Source: Xylographa opegraphella
Lineage: Eukaryota
Assembly: GCA_022813865.1 (NCBI GenBank)
Contig: JALDZX010000004.1
Span: forward strand, 62,001-126,000
Direction of reading: 5' to 3'
DNA: 64,000 nt
The notes under the pieces: model-generated
What the model saw: the letters and a program-made list of their open reading frames with translations, nothing else
Databases searched by the model: none
What the model was told of the DNA's origin: nothing
Part shown: positions 53,044-64,000 of the stretch, piece after piece
Layout: every line of letters begins with the position of its first letter
How positions within the stretch are numbered: position 1 is the first letter of the stretch
Translations under genes and position numbers: made by a program

Positions 53044-53582
53044 TGTAAAGAATGTCTTGATAGGTAATGTCCCTCAGTTCCAGCTTGTACATTTGTTGCC
53101 GTCGGCATTCAGGGGGCGTGTAATATCAGCGTTAAGAACATTTCTTAAGTTCAGGCGGCCTGCCAAGATATTCTCCGTCGCTTGCTACTTACGAGAAGTT
53201 TCAGCACAGGAACTGCAGCGGTTTCTGGGCGATTGACAAGTAGGCTCATTATTGTTTTACCATCTAGAGGTCTGGGTACGGACGATGGAGCACGGGGCAG
53301 CTTGACGATAGTCATTAAACAGAATTGTCGAGGGCGGCGAGCGGCGGAATAATAACCCTTATCGCGGTGCTCGGACCCTTTTGGGACATTATCAATGGGA
53401 ATCCGTTAGCGCTCAATTAGGTCATCAAAATGTTCGCGTAACCATGCCATTATGTACCTATGCTCACGAATAGCTTCAATAAGGTAATCCTAAGCACAAA
53501 CTCATGCAGCATTAACCCTACCACCAATCAGCAGTCTTCTCTACTATCTTCTGGTAAACACTCTCGGAGTGCTCGTCCGACT

Positions 53583-55991
53583 ATGTCTCTGTTTGGCAGC
53601 AGCTCACCAGACGAATCGAGCCAGCACATCTCCAAATCCAAGTCGCTTTTCGACGACGAATCTGTGCCCAATACTGCCGTCAGTTCCGCCTTGTTCGCAG
53701 ACGAAACCAGTGCGAGTGATGGATCGCCTTGGGGCATGCCGACGCCTAAGAAAGCTGCTCGGAGCGACCTCGTCAAGAGTTTATTGCCAGCGTCTGACGT
53801 GCCGGAGAGCTACATCGATGCATATGATGCGGTGTTGGATTCTGGTGATAGGGTGGGTACAGGAATAAGTATCGAGGCCGCTACCAAGATGCTACAAAGT
53901 AGCAAAATAAGAACTGCTGAGCAAGGCAGGCTGTTGCAACTTGTCACACCGGGTGATAACAATGGCACGAGCTTGAGCAGGAGCGAGTTCAACGTCTTGC
54001 TTGCCCTGATTGGATTGGCGCAGGAGAATGAGGAAGCTACACTAGACGGTGTAGACGAAAGACGCAAGAGTAGGTCCATAGTATGAAAGATAAGTAAAGC
54101 TGTGTGCTAAATGTGTGTGCAGATCTGCCTGAACCATCTATACCATATATCAAGAATCTCAAGAACGCAAAAGTATCAGAGAGACTTGACCTTCCTAAAG
54201 GGGAAGTACCAGCAACAAAGCCTCCGAAGTTGGAGAGCAGAATATCTGGAACGCCAGCAAAATCCCGGCGATTACGCAAAGACTCTCTTGAAGATATTGA
54301 TGCTGATCCCTGGGCGAGTCCTGCGATGCACCAAGGCCACACGCATATTGTCAGTAATGATGCCACCCCCAAAACAAATGGCACAACTGCCGCAAGACCA
54401 ATTGCGGCGGGCAATCCAGGGGCATCGCGAACCACCAGTGCGTTTACCACCCATTCAGAAGAGCCTGCCCCTTCAGCTGGTGGTATGGAAGGAACTACCC
54501 CATCAGCCAACGAGGATGCCAGACCCACTTCTGGCGGATGGGGCGGATATGACAACGTAAATGCTGGGTTTCCAAACGGAGACCAGGCAGACCTTGGTGC
54601 GGCGGGCTTTGGAAATGATGGGGATGACCCGAACAATCCCACCGAAAGAGCCGGGCGTTCACTTGGAGGAGGCAGGACGACGAGCCGTGGGGTCGAAGAG
54701 ACAGTCACAATCACCATGCTTCCTGAGAAGGAAGGGATTTTTATGTTCCAGCACCGTAACTACGAGGTAAAGAGCGCAAGGAGAGCCAGTACAGTCGTCC
54801 GAAGATACAGTGACTTTGTCTGGTTGTTAGATTGTTTATATAAGAGATACCCTTTTCGGCAATTGCCATTACTGCCGCCAAAGACACTTGCCGGTATGTG
54901 CCAGTGATTCTCCAACTCGTGATTGAGAGCTAACAGCAGTCACAACAGTCAACGGCAGACATCTCTCTTCCGATGTAACATTCATCGAAAAGCGTCGGCG
55001 AGGCCTGGTCAGGTTTACCAACGCCTTGGTTAGGCATCCTGTACTAAGTCAGGAGCAACTTGTGGTAATGTTCTTAACGGTGCCTACCGTGAGTATCGCA
55101 ATCTGGTTCTATTCGTTCTCGTAGCTTATGATCAGTATCAGGAGCTAGCAGTGTGGAGGAAGCAGGCGACAATATCTGTACAAGAGGAATTTACAGGAAA
55201 GTCCTTACCTCCGGGTCTTGAAGACTCTCTGCCAACCAATCTCAATGATTTGTTTGACACGGTCCGCGTCGGTGTCAAAAGATCTGCTGAAACTTATATT
55301 GCGCTCTGCAATCTCATGGAGAGGTTAGCAAAGCGTAATCAAGGTGTTGCTGCAGACTACCTTCGATTTTCCACTGCTCTCAAGACTTTGACGGACGAGT
55401 CCGAAAGTACATATGCAACCGATACCAATGATGTGCCAATGCTGAATGAGGGTATCAAATCTACAGCGAAGCACTTGGAGACTAGTCAGAGTCTTCTCGA
55501 AGACGAAGCCCGAGCTTGGGATGAAGGTGTACTAGAGGATCTAAAGAGGCAAAGAGACTCATTGGTCTCTATCAGGGAGATGTTTGATCGACGGGATCGT
55601 CACGCCAAGACTACCATCCCGCAGCTGGAGCGCAGAATAGAAAGCAATGAGACCAAGCTGGCCAACCTGAAAGGCAGACCTGAGGGCTCTGTCAAGCCAG
55701 AAGAGCTGCAACGAGTAGAAGATGCAATTATAGGCGTAAGTCTTCACCGCCATTTCTATGGGTCGGGCTAAATCTTTACAGGATAAGCAATCTATCGTTA
55801 ATCAACACGCCCGAAGTGTCCTTATCAAGGAATGCATGCGAGACGAACTCATCTTCTTTCAGCAATCACAATACCATATCAGCAAGTTACACCAAGACTG
55901 GAGCCAAGAGAGGGTGAAATACGCTGAGCTGCAGGCTGACAACTGGAGAGCGTTGAGTGAAGAGGTTGATAATATGCCCATAGGAGAATAG
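53583..55991 (+). CDS. MVP1: Sorting nexin Mvp1 (PX-BAR), 5 exons
   Basis: MSLFG N-terminus, EFNVLLALIGLAQE, PX motif EKEGIFMFQHRNY...VVRRYSDFVWLLDCL.KRYPFRQLPLLPPK, BAR C-terminus. Confidence 0.95.
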
Positions 55992-56569
55992 GGGATGAAG
56001 CGAACGAGGAACTAGCTATTGTATACTGAATAATGACAGAAACTACTTGTAATATACGAGTCTCTAGTATAACACCCGTTGCTGATGCTTAACCACTAGT
56101 GAGCTCTCATTATCGAGATGATCACTTGATTTTGACCAGAGTCTTCAACGACAACATCAAGCATGGTATTATACCAAGAAAACGTGTAATACCACAGCAG
56201 TATAGCTTGCAATCCTTTGTTCGGAACTTTTCTATTTGTCACCATTCCCCTGCTTGCGTTCTCCAGTTTCATATGTGAGAGTAGCGATTTCACATACTAT
56301 ATTTCATGACCTCATCTTTGTGTGTCAAACCGAATCCGGAAGCTCATCCTTCACCATTCTTTTAGAGCTCCTGACATTTTTTCTTTGACAAACGTTGACA
56401 GTCCTTGATGAAATTTCTGCTCAAGCTGATTCTTTGTGATCGAACGTCTAACGAGAAATGGCTTATGGTTAAGAGGTATCACATTTCCTCTCTCGGCCAT
56501 AATTATTCGAGTCACCATATTCGATTGGCGCCTGGACTTATCCATGATTTTCAACCCAAATCTTTCACC

Positions 56570-57730
56570 ATGGCCGGGGTTCCTGACATTCCTCGGCAAC
56601 AATTCGTTCTGTTTGATGCTCTAGGTCTAGAGCCCACTGCTGGCATTATATCACGAGAAGATGTTACCGCAGCCTGGCGACGCGTGAAGAAGCTGCTCCA
56701 CTCTAGACGAGCTGCCAATAACAATGGATTCCTCCCTGCGTTTCCGACATTTGCACAAGCTCGGGATGCTTATCGTTACCTGACTGCGCATGGCGTAGCG
56801 AACGAGGAGAAAGAAGCGAGTCGTCGCATCACTCAACATCTCCGCACAGGCCGGGCTGCTTTCCGCAGTACTTGGAACCCCGCGGCTACTCCGGGAACGG
56901 CGGAAATCTTACTGCCTATACCCGGAGCTCCCACTGTGGAAACTGCGGGGCCGGCGCCTCCACTTGCTACAAGGCATGTGGGTCCCGAAATCACACCGCC
57001 GCGGTCGGACGGTGCAGGAGAAGATGGTAATGGGGCTGGGAGGCAACTCCGAGTCCTCGGCCGCCGGCCGAGCCAATTACTCCTAAGTCGCCAGAACAAA
57101 CTGAGCCTGGCTTGCACCCACCTGAAGACACCACCTTTGATTCATCCATCGGTTACGGCGCCACAGTTCCGCCACCTGCTCCAACGAGCCCCGGGCCGCA
57201 GGTTGTTCTTCTGGCGGTCTCCATTCCGCAAATTCCTCCTGGTCTAATCATGAATTTGGCTTGGCCTGGTGCGCCGCTCGCGAACCCGCGATTTCATGCT
57301 ACACCTAGGAAGTACTCGCGAGTGTACACTGAACCCGCAAGGCACGTAGGTGGTGAAGCGCTATGAAGGCATGTAGGTGGTGAAGCGCTACGAAGGCACG
57401 TAGATGGTCAAGCGCTACGAAGGCACTCAGGTAGTGAAGCGCTACGAAGATTGACATATGACGATTTGCGAAAGGTTTCAATGCCCGGGCGAATTGTGGT
57501 AGGGGACATTCTTGTGGGGTCACGCCACTTTGCGGTTCAAGGTCATCTTGATCGTACTGGAGCATTAAATTCGCCGCGTAAATCACGATGTTAATGGCAA
57601 AAATTTTCTTCCTCCTGGTGGTAGTGCAATCGTTCAATTCGAAAATACGAGATTGGTGGGCCCATTTCGGGATTGCCGAAATGACATAGACAGGTTGAGA
57701 AGCTTGGTTGACAGCGAACAAAGGCCGTAA
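56570..57730 (+). pseudogene. Disrupted gene with an N-terminal J-domain-like segment
   Basis: FDALGL...REDVTAAWRRVKKLLHS...FAQARDAYRYL; reading appears to continue via a frameshift near 57030, a TGA inside a repeat and a second frameshift near 57590. Confidence 0.5.
57339..57449 (+). repeat. Tandem repeat, 4 x 27 bp (RHVGGEALR-like)
   Basis: aaggcaYgtaggtggtgaagcgctaYg and variants; copy 1 has TGA where the others have CGA. Confidence 0.9.
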
Positions 57731-58157
57731 AGATCGAAAGGGGTCTGGTTCTGAAACGGACAGTTGCATTAGTATGCCCGAGACCCGAAATGGTGGTGCC
57801 TCAAATCGTACACGGTTCACTAAAGTGCCAGAAGTATTTATGGGAAACAGTCTACCGATAATCCAAACAATTTGACCGTATGGAAAGGCCCAAAAATATA
57901 TATGAGATGTGACAGATACTTCTTCTTGATGAAGCCTTGTGAATCAAACAGCTGCTTTAGCCTTCGTGCACTTTAGTGGCGTCAATAGTCAGCCCTACAA
58001 GCCTTGCCGTACTTAGGTACCTTACGGCACGGTCCTCAGCGTCATTCTACACATCAGTGCAATCCAATGGACAAGCGCTTTTCTGACAACTGCATTCTCG
58101 ATCTTTCTGAGATCTGTTAGGAGATTCATAAGCTTCTCCATGCCATAAAGCGCCAGT

Positions 58158-61100
58158 ATGCCGCCTGCGTATACACCATCACAAAAGAGCGCTATCGCTC
58201 AGTTTGTCAGCTTCACATCTGTCAAGGAAGGCGTGGCCGCAAAAGTGAGTCTCTGGGGACCGCCCTTGCAAGAAGAAATTCTTGTCACGACTCCGCGCCT
58301 ATGGCAAGAGCATCCGGCTAACGCTAGCCACCACAGCAACTCAAGGCGCACGGATGGAACGTGGAACAAGCTGTCGATGTGTACGTATCTATCACTTGCA
58401 TTGCATCACCTTCTTTGTATCATCTATCCAGTACCATATTACAGGACTCAGAATCCTTTGGGCAATATTCACTCCTGTCTGGGCTCTGGATTCAGGATCA
58501 GGCAGGTCAGGTCCATCACTCGCTCTGGACTTTGACACTGACCTCATATTGTCACTTTTGGAGACGCATTTACTATATCCGAGGAAGAAGATATGGATTT
58601 AGGAGAAGGGAGATCGCATTCCACGGTAGCAATACAGAAAAGAAGGCTTTATCGCCCGCCTATGGTTGAATATGGTCTCTTGGGAAATGATGGGCGTGGC
58701 CAGTCGATCAAATTGGTACCGGTCGATAACGACGGCGAAGATAGCCATCAAGTCCTTAGCACGCGAGACCATTCAGCCTCTCTTAAATTCTACTGGGAAG
58801 GGCTTATAAAGGATTACAAGGAGATGTACCTGAGTGATGAGGACCGCGAGAGGATCAACAATAATGAGCTTCGACCTTTGCTGCAGTCGTGGGTTAGAAA
58901 TGCGCAGGACCCAGTACATTGGATGACGTTTGAAAACTTGCCAATGCTGTTCAGATTCGCTTTACGGAGGCCACTCATGCCCGCCCACGCCCTGATCAAA
59001 CGTCTCGTTGAGATGGGGGTAATCGGAAAAAGTGCAGAAGACGTGGTAGAGGAACAAGATTGTTATGTGGTCAAAGAACGAAATTGCCATGTCAGCACGA
59101 AATACAAACAAAGAATATCGAAGGGGAATGCACTTGATGGGCCTCTTGTCACCTGGTTATATGATCAGCCACCAGTAGAACCTCCAATTGCGATTAAAGC
59201 TGAACGAAAAGTCAGCTTTGCCCTCGATTCATTAAGTGAAGAAGAGCGGGAACTTATCGAAGATACTGCCAATGCTATAGCACTGTGCAGGAGCGGTGGC
59301 TACACGCTTGAGCAGACTGTTGATATTTTGTATGAAAACTTCATAGGCTATGACTACGACTATCTGAAGTATCTTCCAGATATTGAATCAGGCGGTACCA
59401 GTCCTCGCTCACTTGCGGAACGTATCTATGATGATACTCAGGAGGAAGCGCCGTTTATATTGGACAGCGATGATGACGAGCAGGTTGATGAAGACGAGGA
59501 CGAGGACGACAAAGTTATCAGAGAAGCCGCCAAGTCCATCTGTCTTTGCAGAAGCGGAGCTTGTACGCCTGCGCAAACCGTAGATTTGCTGTATGATCAA
59601 TTCATAGGATATGGCCATGACTACTCCAGGTATCTTCCAGCGATCACATCAGGGATGATGAGTCCAAATTCGCTTGCCAAACGTATTTATAAAGATACGG
59701 AAATGGAAGCTTCTCATGGAGTGGACGGAGCATACGAGGACAAAGTGAAAAACAACGAGCTCAAAACTGATGGCATTTCTCAGAATGAAGTGATTCCGCG
59801 ACACGAGTCTAAATTTCCGAAGGTCACAATCAAATTCAAATTTGACATCAAAGGTCGCTTTCAGCATATCTACCAGCAAGTCCAGATAGGTGGCATGCTG
59901 CCAAAAGAAGCCCTTTCGATGTTTCGATCGGCAGCTGAAAAACCTGATATCTCAGACAACGAGCTGGCCCAATTGATGGTTGAGCACAATATCCCATCTG
60001 ATTTATTCTTCAGCTGTGAAGACAACAGACCCGATATGCGAATTTCGAACACGTCAGAAGACCACTGTGAAGCGAAATCTCAGATCAATATCCCAGTGGG
60101 GCCACTGACACCTCAGGACTCTCGTCGAACATCGAAACTGCTCATTCCTCATCTCAATTCTACTTCTGTCGTTCGATTTGCCGAACCTGATACACCCCCA
60201 GAAGATCTGTGTCCTAGAGTTGATAGTGAGCAAGGCATGACCCTACCGTCTGACACCTCTGGTGATGAAAAGACGGAGATGTTGATACAAGCTCTACAAA
60301 AACTAGTGGATCCCAAGGCATATGATTGCTTGTGCATTGATGACTCTAGTGAGGAACCAGAATTAGCCAGCCCTTTCTTAGAGGAGATCCACGACATAGC
60401 TGTTGGACATAAAGAACACGAAGAGTGTTCAGCAATCGCAAATTCGATGACTGTTGCTACAATCCCAGAAGCAGGCCCTGAAGCCGAGATAATCAACCCT
60501 GAAATCTGTAACACTAATGACCAAGTGTTCGGTCTTTCTGACCTGGCCGGCGGTACGTCTTTCTTGTCAAGGGCTTCCTTCGCGATGAGACCAGTCAAGA
60601 CTGCAGTTGAGGTGATGATGCCCCATCTTGAGTCTGGCAGCAGCCATCGCGCCAGGATACGGCACGAGACAGATTTCGGAAGTAAATGGGATGATTCCAA
60701 TCCAGATTTCCGCAAACATGATCGATCGGATTGGGAGGGTTATGCTCAAGGCGGGGCTGGGGCTCCGCCAGATGATTATGCCTTTATCTGTGAGCAATCA
60801 AGCTCCCCAGAGTGTGGTGAAACTACGGCTTTGTGGGGATTGGCGATGCCCACGAGGAAGGCAAGGGAGCTCGGTGCAAACATTGGCTTGTCAACCGACT
60901 ACGTACATGAGAACTTTCGGTCCAGCACACCAAACCGTGATGCCGCTCGGAAGAGGAGCAAGCTAAGCGAAAGGAGATCCATACCTTACCTCAAGAGAAA
61001 AAGCGAATCTTTACGCTCTAATCATAGGATGCACAAGTCACGAAAAGGCAACGAGGTCACTATGTTTGCCGAAGATGATGACGACCAGATAAGTTTTGTA

Positions 61101-63758
61101 GAGAAGCGTCTGAGGGCACCAACTCCCATGGGTCAAGTGGGTTCGCGGAGCCCCTGCAGCATATGCGAATCGTATACTTGCAATTGTCGTCAACTTGAGA
61201 CTGGTCGACCAAAAATGAGGCTTGTTAGTGCTCTGCCCTCCATCGAGCCCAGCGATTCTTCAACGCGAGCAGATGTCTGCTCGGTTGCAGAAAGTGCAGA
61301 GTTCGAAAGGGAATGTCGTGCGCTGGCACGGTACACTATACCAGTCATGGAAACCCAACAAACTTGTCAACCATCAGCTCATGACAAAAGGCGTATAGGC
61401 TGTAGTGCAATGGTGAGAAAAGACTCTCCATTTTCGCTTAAGCCTGGCGATTGGACTGAAGCATGTACATTCGGAACGCAAGGCACGCCGGGGCTCGTCA
61501 AAGACTTCGTCAATTGGAGAAGTGAATGGAATCAAACAGATGACGATCGAAACGACTCTCTATCTCAAAAAGTGGAAATGAGCCCTGAAGAACCAGCTTC
61601 GACTATTATAGACGAGGGGACAATTGTGCGACACCCCGAAGCCCCTAACTTATCTCTACTAGCATCGACGTCCTCAATTGGTCCGCAAAGTGAAGCTACA
61701 AGTTTGGCTCCTGTTGGTATATGGCCAGTTCCAAAATCCAACAAGTCGATCAGATATTGGGCGGGTAAAGATAATTCCAGTGAAATGGGTGCTGAAGCCA
61801 GATCTGAAGCGCAATCAACGAGCCGTAGTATACGTAATGGATCTATATCCACTACATTCCTACCTTTGACCATCGGAAGCCCAATAGAAGAGATCGAAGA
61901 ATCAGGTTTGGATACACATTTATCATCAGATATAACTTGGAAGCATACCGCGCGACCAGCTGTCGTAGCCAGGAGATGCTCAGTCGTCACTACAATGAGA
62001 AGCCTCACAATTGACGGGGAAGAACCATCTCTGCCAGCTTCATCGCACTCACAGCCAAGACCCTCTGGTTATATCGAAGTGAACTCTGCTCATTTTACAG
62101 TTGAACATATTGAAGACGTGTCGCCGGTAAATTTGTTATCTGGTATATGCAGCTCGTCGGTACCTAATCCACGAGTTGGAACGTCCGGAACAGCTGTAGC
62201 AGCCAAAGACCGAGTGAACAGTGAAGAATTACCTAATTTAACAGCATCGTCTTCAGAACCAATGAACACATCCTCCAGCTCTGTCGTTAGCATGGTCGAG
62301 CACTTTGGGGTTTCCTCAGCGGGTGATGCATCGCGCAGTACAGGACGTCCATTGTTCCAGGATCCACAAGAGATTGATCTACCAATTCCTGTTTGTCCTT
62401 CTTCCCCTCGGCCAGCGGCAGCACGACTTCCCCAAAAAGCACCAGTATTGTCGGAAGGCAATGACTCGTCGGACTCGCGTAATGCACTCTTAAAGTCGAT
62501 ATATATTTCCGATTCTCTCCCAGGAGCGAAGAACTTAGAACAAACAAGGCATGAATGTCTACCTTTCACTGTCTCGGCCCTGTTGAAGCGCAGCCGTGCC
62601 GAGTCCAATTCATCTCTAATACGGCCCTCGACTCGGTTACGCATCTCTTCCCCTGTTCGAGAGTCCAGCATACACCAAGATAACAGTGATGTAAGAAACA
62701 TTCAAGAAAATCACCATACACCTGACTCATTCTCATCGCTGTCAAGTTCGGCTCCAGTCAGCCATCCCCATAACATTGCTAAGGCTCGCAGAAGTACATC
62801 CAGTAAATCTAGACTCCTGGCCAAGATGGACCGGTACCTTGCGCGTGTTAAACGGCTCCCGGACGCAAAAGTGCAGCAGATAAAACCCTGGACTCAAGAC
62901 ACAGTGGAAGCCGCAGCTTGGAAATTTCGAGCGAGCCCTCGAGTGTTTTTGTGGTCTAAACGTCAAGATCGAGAACAAAGAAAACGACTAAATGCTAACC
63001 AAATGTCATATACTAGATATTTTCAGAATCCCTCAGCCTCCACAGGCAAATCAGGCACCACGTCCTCACTCAACAAACTCTTTGACAAATATAGAGGTAC
63101 ATTCATCCTTTTTTTTCTCTCCCCTAGCTTACCCAACTCACGTCCAACCTTAGATGACCCTGAATCCCCCGACACGATCGGCGCTGCCGGCACAATGAAA
63201 TACCTTATGGACCTCACACTCTCCCTCGACGAGCCTGTCGTCCTCGCCATCCTCACTGAACTCTCGGCCCCCACGATGGGCGAGCTTACCCGTGAAGGTT
63301 TCCTCGCTGGCTGGCGCGCCCTCGGCGCCGACTCTCTTCCCAAGCAAACCGCCGTTCTCCCACACCTGCGCGGCCAGCTGTCCGCCAACCCGGACTACTT
63401 CCGACGCGTTTACAAGCACACCTTCCTGCTCGCGCGCACACCGGGCCAGAAAGGTGTGGCCCTCGACACAGCAATCGAATTTTGGCGGCTGCTTTTTGGG
63501 AGCAGTGGCATACAGTGGAGGGGCCGCGACGGGACCGACTGGCTGGGCTTGTGGTGCGGCTTCGTGGAGGAACGGTGGAAGAAGAGCGTCAGCAAGGATA
63601 TGTGGGACCAGACGGGCGTGTTTGCGCTGAAGAGCTTGGAGGACGGCACGATGGCGTGGTGGAGCGAGGACGGGGCGTGGCCGGGCGTGCTGGATGAGTT
63701 TGTGGTGTTTGTGAGGGAGAGGAGGGGCGATGGTGGGGATGGTATGGATGTCGAGTGA
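58158..63758 (+). CDS. DCN1: Defective in cullin neddylation 1 (NEDD8 E3); exons 58158-58244, 58337-58380, 63017-63096, 63154-63758
   Basis: UBA-like N-terminus (AIAQFVSFT...AAK|QLKAHGWNVEQAVDV|YFQN) splices in phase to the PONY domain (LNKLFDKYR, G...YL.DL, FRRVYKHTF, AIEFWRLL, SKDMWDQ, EDGAWP..LDEFV). Confidence 0.9.
58593..63016 (+). CDS. Unknown ~1470-codon ORF inside DCN1 intron 2, in frame with the downstream DCN1 exons
   Basis: Stop-free for over 4.4 kb, contains a diverged internal 66-aa duplication; no recognised family. Confidence 0.7.
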
Positions 63759-64000
63759 AAGGGAGGGCAGCAGAAAGAAGGGCTTGGGAACTTGCGACTC
63801 GCATTGGGGCTGTTCGTGGATAGAGCTTTACGCATGGCTTCGGGGGTCATCGGGGTACGGCTCACGTGGTGCTGCTGGGTGACTTGCGTATTTGCATGGC
63901 TGGGCGTTGGTATTGCGGAGCGTTTTAGATTCAGGACTTTTCGAGACGTGTATTTCCTCGTATTTAGTATCTATTCAGTGTCGCTGAACTCCGTGAGTTG

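Noticed and set aside
57339..57449. CRISPR-like 27-bp repeats
   Set aside because: Head-to-tail, a multiple of 3 in length and within a coding relic; no spacers.
58593..63016. Transposon inserted in the DCN1 intron
   Set aside because: No DDE, RT, integrase or Helitron motifs and no LTRs, TIRs or target-site duplication seen; not fully excluded without a search.

Overview
This is gene-dense, intron-containing DNA from a filamentous ascomycete (Pezizomycotina, inferred from gene content and GT/GC-AG introns with CTRAC branch points). The core genes are TPI1, mL43/MRPL51, U1-70K, MRT4, a Clg1/Mug80-type cyclin, a LAC1/LAG1 ceramide synthase, VPS38/UVRAG, MHR1, a UTP8-like gene, ELG1, MVP1 and DCN1. 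Accessory genes are an NTF2/SnoaL-like protein, a CYP52-like P450, phospholipase B, an HSL-type esterase, an MDR oxidoreductase and a Zn2Cys6 factor. Decayed genes include a stand-alone alpha/beta-hydrolase, a hydrolase-NB-ARC-TPR NLR and a J-domain-like gene. The most striking feature is DCN1: its second intron is ~4.6 kb and is almost filled by an unrecognised ~1470-codon same-strand ORF, which carries an internal 66-aa duplication and reads in frame into the DCN1 PONY-domain exons. All gene calls come from recalled family motifs, not database searches, and exon boundaries were read by eye.
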